Shown here one piece after another: positions 49,847-59,303 of a stretch of 64,000 nt of DNA (the stretch's first letter is position 1; each line of letters opens with the position of its first letter). The notes beneath the pieces were generated by a model. That model saw only the letters and a program-made list of their open reading frames with translations, did no database searches and had not been told where the DNA came from. Source of the stretch: Desulfurococcales archaeon (GTDB lineage: Archaea; Thermoproteota; Thermoprotei_A; Sulfolobales; Desulfurococcaceae); the NCBI GenBank assembly GCA_027022365.1, contig JALVYU010000007.1, positions 32,001 through 96,000 on the forward strand, in the 5' to 3' direction. The translations under genes were made by a program, and so were the position numbers.

Positions 49847-50545
49847 ATGGTAGAGCCCAGAGAGATAATTCTAAACGCATTAAAGGAAAAAAGAAGAAAA
49901 CTCCTAGAACACGAAGCTCTAGAACTAATCAAAGCCTATGGGGCACCAATAGCTGATGCAGGGCTTGCAAAGACCCCAGAAGAGGCTGGCGAGCTAGCAG
50001 AGACGATGGGATTCCCAGTAGTCCTCAAGATCGTCAGTCCAGATATTAGCCATAAAAGCGATGTAGGCGGTGTCATAGTCGGTGTAAACTCGAAGGAGGA
50101 AGCAATAGAGGCAGCTAAAAAAATAATCGAGAACGTGTCAAAGAACGTGCCGAGCGCCCGTATAGCTGGCATTCTTGTACAGAAAATGGCTAAGAAAGGA
50201 CTCGAGATAATAGTCGGTGGACTAAGGGACAACATATTTGGTCCAGTGGTAATGTTCGGGCTAGGAGGAATATTCGTAGAAGTACTCAAAGATGTATCAT
50301 TCAGGATAGCGCCGATAAGTTATGAGGACGCCTATGAGATGATGAGAGAAATAAAGTCCGCTAAGCTTCTCGAGGGCTACCGTGGCCAGCCGCCTGTAGA
50401 CAAGAAGGCCATAGCAGACATAATAATCGCTGTCGCTAAGCTCCTAGAGGAAAACCCTGAGGTTGATTCGGTAGACTTAAATCCTGTAATTGCCTATCCA
50501 GATGGAGCAGTAGTCGTGGACGCTAGAGTGATACTGAAGCAGTAG
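49847..50545 (+). CDS. acdB: ADP-forming acyl-CoA synthetase beta subunit
   Basis: HKSDVGGV, FGLGGIFVE, DLNPV..VVDAR. Confidence 0.92.
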   Translation: MVEPREIILNALKEKRRKLLEHEALELIKAYGAPIADAGLAKTPEEAGELAETMGFPVVLKIVSPDISHKSDVGGVIVGVNSKEEAIEAAKKIIENVSKNVPSARIAGILVQKMAKKGLEIIVGGLRDNIFGPVVMFGLGGIFVEVLKDVSFRIAPISYEDAYEMMREIKSAKLLEGYRGQPPVDKKAIADIIIAVAKLLEENPEVDSVDLNPVIAYPDGAVVVDARVILKQ

Positions 50546-50553
50546 AGAAAGGT

Positions 50554-51483
50554 GTGGGTAATATCATGGAACAAAACAATGGCGGACAGAATTTTCAGCA
50601 ATTATTGGTACAAATAAGCAACCAGATCGGTGAAGTCAGAAACCAAATCAAATCTTTTAAAAACGAACGCGCAATTCTGATTTCCGAATTAAGGGATCTC
50701 AGGTCAGAAAGAAGAAAGTTAATCGAACAATTAAAAGAACTAAGGTCAAAACTAAAAGAGCTTAATATAAAGAGGCAAGAACTTATTGAAAAGATCAGAG
50801 AATTACGTAGCGAACGCAGAGAAAAGATCCAAGAGCTCCGCACTCTCTTGAATCTAGCGAGGGAAAAACGTGAACAGCTACAAATGCTAGATCAAGAGAT
50901 AAGGATGCCGATCTCGGCAATTAGAAGAGAAATAGAAAGACTTGAATGGATACAGCAGACCAGAATACTTTCTGTAGAAGAAGAAAACAGGATCATTAGA
51001 GAAATAGCGCGTCTTGAGGACCTATTAGAAAAAGCTCTGAAAGCCAAGCAGGAGAAGAAGGAATACATAGAGCTACGTGCTGAGCTAAAAGGATTAAGAC
51101 TAGTAATAAATGCTCTTACGAGAGAAATCAACGAATTAAGTAGCAAGATAAGCAAACTAGATGAAGAAAGAAATGCACTGAGAACAAGGATTAATGAGAT
51201 GAGCGAAAAGGTGGACGAGCTGAGCAAATCTATTGAAAAGAAACAAAAGCGTCTTGATGAGCTATCAGAGGAAATAAACAAGAGCGTGGCTGAGCTAAGG
51301 TCTCTTAGGGAAAAGTATCAAGAAATTCTAAGAGAAATAGAAAAAAGTAAGCTCAAGAAAATCCTAGAGGAGAAACGCCGTATAGTTGAAGAAAAGATAA
51401 AACGCGGTGAGAAGAGGCTAACACTCGAAGAACTAAAGATTCTGTATGGGGACGTTGAAGATATTTTCGATGATTCTAAATAA
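50554..51483 (+). CDS. Archaeal long coiled-coil protein (COG1340-like)
   Basis: Continuous heptads; IERLEWIQQT..LS.EEE and C-terminal GEKRLTLEEL. Confidence 0.75.
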   Translation: MGNIMEQNNGGQNFQQLLVQISNQIGEVRNQIKSFKNERAILISELRDLRSERRKLIEQLKELRSKLKELNIKRQELIEKIRELRSERREKIQELRTLLNLAREKREQLQMLDQEIRMPISAIRREIERLEWIQQTRILSVEEENRIIREIARLEDLLEKALKAKQEKKEYIELRAELKGLRLVINALTREINELSSKISKLDEERNALRTRINEMSEKVDELSKSIEKKQKRLDELSEEINKSVAELRSLREKYQEILREIEKSKLKKILEEKRRIVEEKIKRGEKRLTLEELKILYGDVEDIFDDSK

Positions 51484-51498
51484 ATAGTCCACAAAAAA

Positions 51499-52302
51499 CT
51501 ATCTGCCAAACCTTCTTTCTCTGTGCTGATAGTTTCTTATTGCTCTCCAGAAATCGATTTTCCTAAACTCCGGCCAGAAGACATCACAGAAATATAGCTC
51601 ACTATATGCTGACTGCCATAAGAGGAAATTACTTATTCTCACTTCCCCACTGGTTCTGATGATTAGATCTGGATCAGGGATTCCATCAGTATACAGATAA
51701 TGCGAGAATATCTCCTCGTTGATGTCATCGGGCTCAAGCTTGCCTTCCTTTATATCCCTGCCTATTCTTCTAACAGCGTTTATTATTTCGTCACGTCCAC
51801 CATAACATAATGCGATATTCAGCACGTGTTTATCATAATCTTTGGTTATTTGCTCTAATTTTCTGGCGAGATCTACTATATCTCTTGGAACAAGATCAAG
51901 TTTCCCAAAAACTCTGACGCGAACCTTATTTTCGTGAATTGCTTTCATATTCATGAGTTCCTGAAGACCCTTTCTAGCTAGTTCAAATAAGTGTTTTCTT
52001 TCTTCTTCAGGCCTGTAAAGACAGTTCTCACTGGACATAGCGTATATTGTTATTGCTTTAACATTTAGCTCGAGTATCCAGTTGATAACCTCTCTTATTC
52101 TTTCATACCCTATTTTATGCCCAAACATGGGATCCATTCCAAGCCTTCTAGCCCATCTCCTATTACCATCAGGGATTATTCCAATATGAATCGGAAACGG
52201 GCCGTCTTTTATCTGCATCCACAGAATTTTCTCATATAATTTGTAAACTGGTTTTGATATCACCTTGTAAATCTTGAAAAGCATTCCCTTAATCGTCTTC
52301 AT
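51499..52302 (-). CDS. uppS: cis-Polyprenyl diphosphate synthase
   Basis: HIGIIPDGNRRWA, RTSGE.RISNFLLWQ. Confidence 0.95.
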   Translation of the reverse strand: MKTIKGMLFKIYKVISKPVYKLYEKILWMQIKDGPFPIHIGIIPDGNRRWARRLGMDPMFGHKIGYERIREVINWILELNVKAITIYAMSSENCLYRPEEERKHLFELARKGLQELMNMKAIHENKVRVRVFGKLDLVPRDIVDLARKLEQITKDYDKHVLNIALCYGGRDEIINAVRRIGRDIKEGKLEPDDINEEIFSHYLYTDGIPDPDLIIRTSGEVRISNFLLWQSAYSELYFCDVFWPEFRKIDFWRAIRNYQHRERRFGR

Positions 52303-52423
52303 GATATATCCCTTGTTTGACGCTGAGAATCAAGTATTAATACCTATTAAATACTCAGTTTTACTCTACGAGTAGACCCCCATATAAATAGTTTGAATAA
52401 ACATATTGAACTAAGGGATTCCT

Positions 52424-53002
52424 ATGGGGGAGATAATTGATATATACGTTGGGACAGAAAATCCTGCGAAAATAATTGGTATTGAGAAAGCTTTTAGGCT
52501 CATAGGCGAGGCTAGAACATACACGGTTAGGATAGAAGGTCTTAAGCCACAGCCCATAGGAATTAATGAGATAGTTTACGGCGCGGTCAAACGGGCATAT
52601 CGGTCATATAAGAAGTGTTCATCGCCAGACTGTTTTGCAGTAGGATTAGAGGCCGGGATAATCGAGATAACTGATGATTATTGTCACAGCGGCCAAGTAG
52701 CTGTGATAATACATAGTGACAAATACAGTATAGGCACCAGTCTCTTCTTCCCACTGCCTCTAGATTATTGTAAAGAATTAGTCAGGGGGAGAGAACTAGC
52801 CGATATCATGGCTAGGGAATCAGGGCTAATGAGTATAAGGCGTAACATAGGTGCCATTGGCTACTACACATATGGGTACATCACTAGGATAGACCTAAGT
52901 TATCAAGCAACCTTATCAGCCCTTATACCCTTTATGAACCCAGAGAAGTTCTCAAAACTACCCAGTCTAGAAGAGCTGGAAGAAATCCTTAAAATACAAT
53001 AA
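52424..53002 (+). CDS. yjjX: Inosine/xanthosine triphosphatase (DUF84)
   Basis: VGTENPAK, PQP, GA..RA, GLEAG, GAIG. Confidence 0.85.
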   Translation: MGEIIDIYVGTENPAKIIGIEKAFRLIGEARTYTVRIEGLKPQPIGINEIVYGAVKRAYRSYKKCSSPDCFAVGLEAGIIEITDDYCHSGQVAVIIHSDKYSIGTSLFFPLPLDYCKELVRGRELADIMARESGLMSIRRNIGAIGYYTYGYITRIDLSYQATLSALIPFMNPEKFSKLPSLEELEEILKIQ

Positions 53003-53038
53003 ATACTAACCAACTCTAACTTAGGAGGTGTATAGATA

Positions 53039-53428
53039 ATGTCATGGTATCAGGGCAATGATTTAAAGAAGCCGACTGGCGGACGAAAGGTGATGGCACG
53101 TCTGAAGAGAAAATACGAATTGGGCAGACCACCGACAGAAACACAGCTCGGCCCGGTTGAAAAGCGCAGAATCATACGCGTTAGAGGAGGAAACATGAAG
53201 GTTAGACTCAAGAAAGCAGCGTACATAAACGTAGCTATACCGGGAGAGAGCAAGACCAGAAAACTAAGAATACTTGAGGTAGTCGAAACACCCTCAAATC
53301 CGCAGCTGGCTAGAAGAAACTACATAACTAAGGGAACTATTGTAAGGACGGAAATAGGACTGGTACGGGTCACCTCAAGGCCTGGCCAGGACGGTGTTCT
53401 TAACGGTATTCTGATAAAGAAAGAGTAA
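53039..53428 (+). CDS. rps8e: 30S ribosomal protein S8e
   Basis: [25 protein letters not shown]. Confidence 0.97.
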   Translation: MSWYQGNDLKKPTGGRKVMARLKRKYELGRPPTETQLGPVEKRRIIRVRGGNMKVRLKKAAYINVAIPGESKTRKLRILEVVETPSNPQLARRNYITKGTIVRTEIGLVRVTSRPGQDGVLNGILIKKE

Positions 53429-53529
53429 AAGACACTACTACATTGAGCCATACTCATTTATTTATTGGTTAAATGCTCTTTTATCTAAAACAATGTTTGA
53501 CGAAAATTAATGAATGATGGTGCCTTTAA

Positions 53530-53826
53530 ATGAGTCGTGAATACGAAGGAAAACGAATAGTTATCTATCCTAACTACATAGATTCTAGAAAAACACGGAA
53601 ACTGGGCCGAAAAATATCCCTCGCCGATGCAGTACCTAATCCTAACATAGATGAAATAGTTAGCGCCGCTGAGAACCTAGGACTAGAACCACAAGTTGAA
53701 AAGGCAAGCTATCCTCGTGAATGGTGGAGCACGGATGAACGAGTAGTTGTTATGAAGCGAGGTAGTAAGCTCAATACTCTCAGGCTTATTGCTTCTGAGA
53801 TTAAGCGTTTAAGAGAAAAGTACTAG
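53530..53826 (+). CDS. srp19: Signal recognition particle protein Srp19
   Basis: IYPNYIDS...GRKI..AV.NP, YPREW. Confidence 0.9.
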   Translation: MSREYEGKRIVIYPNYIDSRKTRKLGRKISLADAVPNPNIDEIVSAAENLGLEPQVEKASYPREWWSTDERVVVMKRGSKLNTLRLIASEIKRLREKY

Positions 53827-53829
53827 AGA

Positions 53830-54007
53830 TAGTAATACCTACTGGTATTAAATTCGTACTATTAAGGTAAGTATTCAATACAGTATTACTATCTGTTTTA
53901 ATCACACATTATAAGAAGCTAGTAATACCTATAATGAAAAGGTCGAGATTTTGAAGAGACCTTACCCTTAACTATCCTAGATTTAAAAGTAAATACCGGA
54001 GTATTAC
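53830..54007. promoter_or_regulatory. Cluster of GTAATACC/AGTATTAC boxes upstream of gar1-tfb
   Basis: TAGTAATACCTA at 53830 and 53920, GGTATTA at 53844, AGTATTAC at 53882 and 54000. Confidence 0.65.
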
Positions 54008-54023
54008 CTCCCCCCGGTGGATT

Positions 54024-54350
54024 TTGATGAAAAAACTAGGGTATGTAATAAGCAAGACCAAGGACGGTCTAATAATCGCCAAGAGCACGATCAAGGATCC
54101 ACGAAGGCTTGTGGGGCACATAGCTTACGATAAAGATCTTAAGAGAATAGGCAAAATTATAGACGTTATTGGCAGAGTTGACCAGCCATTTATAGTGATA
54201 AAGCCTGAATCAAAAGATGTTATCGAATTTATCGAAACAGGACCCGTGTATTATTACGTGGAGAAAAAAACTAGGAGGCTCCAGCGAAGGAAGGGCAGGA
54301 AAGCAAAGCGTAGAGGGGGGAGGGGGAGGCCCCGCTCACGTAGGGGGTAA
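54024..54350 (+). CDS. gar1: H/ACA RNP subunit Gar1
   Basis: IGKIIDVIGRVDQPF; Arg/Gly-rich tail. Confidence 0.85.
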   Translation: MMKKLGYVISKTKDGLIIAKSTIKDPRRLVGHIAYDKDLKRIGKIIDVIGRVDQPFIVIKPESKDVIEFIETGPVYYYVEKKTRRLQRRKGRKAKRRGGRGRPRSRRG

Positions 54351-54364
54351 GATTTTCTTGAACG

Positions 54365-55279
54365 GTGATAGCTTTGAAGTATGAGCACATCGATATGGTT
54401 TGCCCTTATTGTGGTAGCTCTTCGATAATATTTGATCCCGACTCTCACGAATATGTATGCACTAAATGTGGGGCAGTAATTGATGACCGTGTTATCGATG
54501 TTGGAAGAGATTACAGGTTTTTCGAAAACGAACTTGCTGTGAGAAGAACAAGTGGCGCATATACTAATAGGGTACATGATGGAGGGCTAGGTGCAACCAT
54601 TGTTGGCGGAATACGTACAACTAACAAAGAAACGATCAAGAAATGGAGAGAGATCAGGAGGATACAGAAGAAGGCACGAGTAACAAAAAAGGATCGGATA
54701 GTCGAGCGTGCCTTAAGACACTTGAATGACTATGTACGCTTACTAAAGCCTCCAAAGTATGTCGCGGAGACGGCTGGAAATATTCTTCAAAGAGCTGTCC
54801 AGGGTAAAAACTATAAAAACAAAACCCTCAAAATGATGGCAGCAGCATCAATATACCTTGCATACAAGGTACACGGAATATTTAAATCCGCCAAACTATT
54901 CGCTAAAGAAGCCGGCATATCTTATCGTGACCTATGGCATGCAGAGAAGAGAATACACCAGGCCGTAAGTGATATCAATAAGATGATCAAGAGAGACGAT
55001 CCCGCCTTCTTCGTACCCTATTTGACGCACAAATTAGGATTATCCGATAAAGCGAGGTTCCTATCTGCATATCTAATAAACTTATCGAAGAAATTAGAGT
55101 TAAACAACGGTAAGAGCGCTATAGGATTGGCTACCGCCGCTGTCTATGTGTCATCAATTCTATTAGATGAGAAGAAAACACAGCTTGAAGTTGCGAGCGC
55201 GGCGGAAGTAACAGATGTTACCATTAGAAACAGGTATAGTGACCTAATAGATAATCTAGATATAACTGTTGAACTATGA
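54365..55279 (+). CDS. tfb: Transcription initiation factor IIB paralogue (TFB2-type)
   Basis: CPYC..CTKC Zn ribbon, HD.GL, cyclin repeats, VTDVTIRNRY; divergent B-reader. Confidence 0.88.
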   Translation: MIALKYEHIDMVCPYCGSSSIIFDPDSHEYVCTKCGAVIDDRVIDVGRDYRFFENELAVRRTSGAYTNRVHDGGLGATIVGGIRTTNKETIKKWREIRRIQKKARVTKKDRIVERALRHLNDYVRLLKPPKYVAETAGNILQRAVQGKNYKNKTLKMMAAASIYLAYKVHGIFKSAKLFAKEAGISYRDLWHAEKRIHQAVSDINKMIKRDDPAFFVPYLTHKLGLSDKARFLSAYLINLSKKLELNNGKSAIGLATAAVYVSSILLDEKKTQLEVASAAEVTDVTIRNRYSDLIDNLDITVEL

Positions 55280-55497
55280 ATAACATGCTGGCCGATTGTT
55301 AATTATTAAATGACTGAATTTTATTTATTTGTTTGAATATTTTATGATATTATTTTTAACACTTCTAGTTCGGGGATTACACTGGGATAGAAATATATTC
55401 TTCTCGATTGAACTAATAACATGGTTAACCGGAATGGTGATACAAGATCAAATAATGTATGTTTTAACATGATACTAAGTTTGCTAAGGGGATAAGT

Positions 55498-55902
55498 TTG
55501 CAGAAAGAATTAACAGAACTCGATAAAAAAGTATACAAGTATGTGCTCTCCAAGGGCAAAGAAGGTATACCGCAGAATGTTCTCTGGAAAGAACTAAAAA
55601 TAACGAGTCGTGATGCCTCGAGGGTTCTCAAAAAGTTAGAGATGCTTGGATATGTTAAACGCGAACCAATAATATATGGTGGAAGAAGAACATACCGAGT
55701 TATTGCTATTCCGAAGCCTATAGAAACAAAGAAAAAACCTAGTATGCCCATTATCGATTTTCGCAAGTACTTTGACATACCATGTATGGTTTGCCCAAAC
55801 ATAGATAAATGTTATCAAGGAGGATACTTTGACCCAACTACGTGTGATTTATTGACGGAATGGATACAAATAGAGATATCGCGTAAAAAGGCTAAGACAT
55901 AG
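55498..55902 (+). CDS. TFE-beta/RPC34-like wHTH Fe-S protein
   Basis: GIPQNVLWK wHTH plus PCMVC..C..P..C; downstream of tfb. Confidence 0.8.
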   Translation: MQKELTELDKKVYKYVLSKGKEGIPQNVLWKELKITSRDASRVLKKLEMLGYVKREPIIYGGRRTYRVIAIPKPIETKKKPSMPIIDFRKYFDIPCMVCPNIDKCYQGGYFDPTTCDLLTEWIQIEISRKKAKT

Positions 55903-55920
55903 CATGTAATGTGTAATTCG

Positions 55921-57087
55921 TTAAAACATATTGATAATCTCTTCTATGGGTGCATCAGTCTTTATTCCCCTAGGGTCAAAATGTGTTCTTGTAGCGTAAT
56001 ACCCTTTATTATTGAGTTTTTCGATTAGATCATCGATCTTGGGCATATTTTTCTTAGCTCTACCAAACAGTATGTCGTATCTAATATATGGTGTCAGTAT
56101 TTTTGACTCGACAAGTAGATTATCAAGTATTTTAAGGGCCCTCTTGTCATAACCATGTATCTCCGTCAGCCTCCTTCTTATGTCAGGTAATTCGTCAGGA
56201 TCGGAGAGCCCGCAGATCCAGAGGGGGCCGAGCACAACTGGTTTTTGGCACCTCGTACATGTTTCTACGAGCTCTTTCGAATAACACCTTTCAAGGGTGT
56301 CTGGACAATATTGTATATATCCAATACAGCTATCTATTACTCGATAAGATTCTTGTCCACTGCGTTTGGCCTTAAATATCACGCGATAGTAGTGTTGATG
56401 ATAGTAGCTTAAAACAGGATAGAGCGCCAGGTCCTGGCTTGCAGCCCGTATTGCTATATTACCCGTTAGTATTCGTAATCCGAGCTCTTTCTCAAAATCT
56501 ACTTTATGGCATCTTACCCAGTATCTTCGTAGGGCCTTATTTCTGTGGCTACATGTTAGGGGTCCTGTATCAGTTGCTGTTACACCTATGAGGCCGTGTT
56601 TTGCTAGTGGTTTAAAAGCAGAATCTATAAATGGTACAGGAGAGCCGTACGGATCTATGTCTATAAAGTCAACTGGTATTCCCGTGAAGGTTAAATTGTT
56701 AAGGAGAGTGTTTGCCTCGTGATTCATGGGTAAAACCGAGTCTTCAACTTCATTTAAGACGATATTTCGTCGCATGTAGTAATACGCTATAGGATCTACA
56801 TCATTAACTATACCTTCACCACTAGATTCGAGAGCAAGTCTAATCCCTCTAACTCCGGTACCCGATAGAGGTTCGACGAAGAAGAAGTGTTTTCCGAGCA
56901 AGGTTTTTGTTACTGCCACCGTTATGTCTCTGTTCACCTTCATTATTGGGTTGTAGAATACGGGAGCCCATGAAGGCTCGTATTTCCCGTCGGGCCTGCG
57001 GTACAGTTTTGGATCTGGTATTATCAGTCTCGCTTTTCCTTCATTTATTATGGTTTCAAAGCCGTAAACTACGCTTTTGTTCTGCAA
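55921..57087 (-). CDS. trm1: tRNA (guanine26-N2) dimethyltransferase
   Basis: PVFYNP..NRD, SGTGVRGIR, DIDPYGSP, TATD, RTHF; start set at the SD-led TTG (ORF extends to 57135). Confidence 0.92.
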   Translation of the reverse strand: MQNKSVVYGFETIINEGKARLIIPDPKLYRRPDGKYEPSWAPVFYNPIMKVNRDITVAVTKTLLGKHFFFVEPLSGTGVRGIRLALESSGEGIVNDVDPIAYYYMRRNIVLNEVEDSVLPMNHEANTLLNNLTFTGIPVDFIDIDPYGSPVPFIDSAFKPLAKHGLIGVTATDTGPLTCSHRNKALRRYWVRCHKVDFEKELGLRILTGNIAIRAASQDLALYPVLSYYHQHYYRVIFKAKRSGQESYRVIDSCIGYIQYCPDTLERCYSKELVETCTRCQKPVVLGPLWICGLSDPDELPDIRRRLTEIHGYDKRALKILDNLLVESKILTPYIRYDILFGRAKKNMPKIDDLIEKLNNKGYYATRTHFDPRGIKTDAPIEEIINMF

Positions 57088-57631
57088 GATAATCTCTGAC
57101 CTCCATGTATACTTGTCTCGGCAGGTTTCTGCCAAGCATGTTCCTGTTCTCTATGGTAACTATATACTTCCTTACACGTCCTTTTAACCCAAGGGATTTC
57201 GGGTCAAGCCTGTAATGTACTACCAATATAAGTGGTTTATTCGAGTCTACGGCGTTTCTTAGTAGTCTTGTGAACACTGGTAATTTAAGCTCCATTGGCC
57301 CCACTTCATCTACTCCTATAACGTCTGCTTGACTGATCGCTCTAGTTAGCGCCTCCTCTATGAGTTCAGAGGCTTCGGATATGCATAAATAATAGGAACC
57401 TATCCTAGGCCCTCTACAAATGGCATCTTTCCTTGCAAGCCATGCTTCTCTGCCTGTGAATATATCAATTATTTTGAAACCAATCCTTCTTCCCCCTATT
57501 CTTACTTCGGGGGTTCTGATACCATCTACCTTTATTCCTTTCTCAAGAAGAAACTCGATTATTCTATTAAACAGGGTTGATTTACCTATGCCTGGACGTC
57601 CAGTTATTATGTATATGGGGCGTTCATCCAT
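57056..57631 (-). CDS. NTPase (THEP1/COG1618)
   Basis: ITGRPGIGKST, R.GF, VDEVGPMEL. Confidence 0.9.
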   Translation of the reverse strand: MDERPIYIITGRPGIGKSTLFNRIIEFLLEKGIKVDGIRTPEVRIGGRRIGFKIIDIFTGREAWLARKDAICRGPRIGSYYLCISEASELIEEALTRAISQADVIGVDEVGPMELKLPVFTRLLRNAVDSNKPLILVVHYRLDPKSLGLKGRVRKYIVTIENRNMLGRNLPRQVYMEVRDYLAEQKRSLRL

Positions 57632-57644
57632 CTCTTATTCACTG

Positions 57645-58553
57645 CTACTTATTCGATTCGAGTCTTTCCTTGAGCTTCCTAATATCGTCTCTATTCTCTA
57701 TAATGATATGCTCGGAGTCAATTATCCTTGATAATCGCTCGCTTTCTCTAACTTTTAACCGATATGCACGAGTATTTCTGGTCTTTAAGGTAATTGATAC
57801 AATGTTATTATTGCTTGATAATGCGAAGTCTACTGGTGTTCTCATGAACTTGTAGAATCTGTGTCCGCACTCCTTGGCTATACGGTGGACCTCCTCCTCA
57901 AGTTTATTGGTAGGGGCATCTTCCATTGTACGCGTTATTTCGGGCTTCAATATTTCGAGGGGCTCTAGAACATCTTCACCAAAAATTTCTGCGATTCTGA
58001 GGGCTGTCTCGATACTAACGCTTGTTCTTTTATGCTCGTAGTCATAAACAGCTTTTCTTGTGACCCCTATAAGGTCTGCGGCTTCGCCAAGACTATATCC
58101 TAGCTCCATTCTTCTCTTCCTGAATTTCTCGGGGCTTATTCTGACACTGTACACGCCATGTGACTTATAGACATATATTTTCTCATCCTTAAGGAGTACT
58201 TGCTCGAGAGTGTCGCTTCTTATCACGTTGACATTCATTCTCTTGTAGATAACATCGGGTTCGAGCTCGTTTTTTCCGTGTTTTTCTGCAATAATCAGTG
58301 ATGATGTCTTGTAAGCTTGCTGAGCTCTTTCAAGATCTTTGACCTCAACGTTTGAAACGCTGCGTGCATCGATAACTGTCTTAATGACTATCCTTAGATC
58401 ATCCCTTGCTCCGGTGATATCAATTGATCTTTGGTTCTGAGGATAAGTTAGTATTTCTACTCTAAACCCGGCTTTTTTGAGGGTTTTGACAATGTTTTCG
58501 ACGATTTCTTCAATTAATTTTTTATCATGCATAAAAAACACCTTGAAATTCAA
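57645..58553 (-). CDS. Cro/C1 HTH transcriptional regulator (COG1395-like)
   Basis: SIDI, RRMELGYSLG..A...GVTRKAVYDYE, TPVD; start may be ATG 58532. Confidence 0.8.
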   Translation of the reverse strand: MNFKVFFMHDKKLIEEIVENIVKTLKKAGFRVEILTYPQNQRSIDITGARDDLRIVIKTVIDARSVSNVEVKDLERAQQAYKTSSLIIAEKHGKNELEPDVIYKRMNVNVIRSDTLEQVLLKDEKIYVYKSHGVYSVRISPEKFRKRRMELGYSLGEAADLIGVTRKAVYDYEHKRTSVSIETALRIAEIFGEDVLEPLEILKPEITRTMEDAPTNKLEEEVHRIAKECGHRFYKFMRTPVDFALSSNNNIVSITLKTRNTRAYRLKVRESERLSRIIDSEHIIIENRDDIRKLKERLESNK

Positions 58554-58584
58554 GTAAATATCTTATCCTGTTATTGTATGATGA

Positions 58585-59289
58585 TTATTTCCTCTTATAT
58601 CTTGCATAGACCATTGCGTGGTCTCTATCATACGGTTCTAGGTGTATGACATCAATGATTTCGAATCCGCGCTCTTTTAACGTATTGATCTCTCTCTTGT
58701 ATACTTCGCTGGGCTCCTTAGTCACGTCTATGCTTCTAGCCTTAATGGCCAATAGTATGTAGCCTCCATCCTTTAGGAAGAAGTCAGCATTGTCAGCAAC
58801 GATTGTTGCTTGGTCAGGCTGCGCTACATCAGCATATATCCCGTCAACCATCTCTACTAAGTGCCTGTAGTTCTGTGGCTTACGCGCATCACCCAGTATG
58901 GGGTAGAGGTTTTTCCTTATGTCTGCTACTAGGATGAATTCTCTCATGACTCTTGGCGCGAACTCGACGCCATATATTCTGCCTTTTGGCCCAACTATGT
59001 CGGATACGTGGCTAGCAGTTGTTCCCGTGGCTACTCCTAGATAAAGGATTTTGTGGCCCTCCCGTATCGGCTGCTCTGCTAGGCCGTTTGCAAGCGCGCC
59101 CGCCAATTTGCTTCTATAGGTGTTCCATTCACGATATTCTACACCGTTGTATCTGAACAATCGTTCGCCATAAACTCTATGGCCCGGTACAAGGTTCTTT
59201 GTTGCAAGCTTTACGCTTCCATCTTCTAGTTCAACAATGTACACACCATAATATTTTTCATGAGGCCTAACCGATACGACCTGGGACAT
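58585..59289 (-). CDS. flpA: Fibrillarin
   Basis: VYGE, RSKL, LYLG..GTT.SH, DVAQP. Confidence 0.97.
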   Translation of the reverse strand: MSQVVSVRPHEKYYGVYIVELEDGSVKLATKNLVPGHRVYGERLFRYNGVEYREWNTYRSKLAGALANGLAEQPIREGHKILYLGVATGTTASHVSDIVGPKGRIYGVEFAPRVMREFILVADIRKNLYPILGDARKPQNYRHLVEMVDGIYADVAQPDQATIVADNADFFLKDGGYILLAIKARSIDVTKEPSEVYKREINTLKERGFEIIDVIHLEPYDRDHAMVYARYKRK

Positions 59290-59303
59290 ACATTGTCACC
59301 TCC

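Noticed and set aside
50554-51483. Coiled-coil protein as an SMC/Rad50 partner of HerA-NurA or a novel cytoskeletal element
   Set aside because: No ATPase head or Zn hook; fits the common archaeal COG1340-like family
58578-58640. ATGATGA C-box word antisense to the fibrillarin 3' end
   Set aside because: No correctly spaced D', C' or D boxes follow
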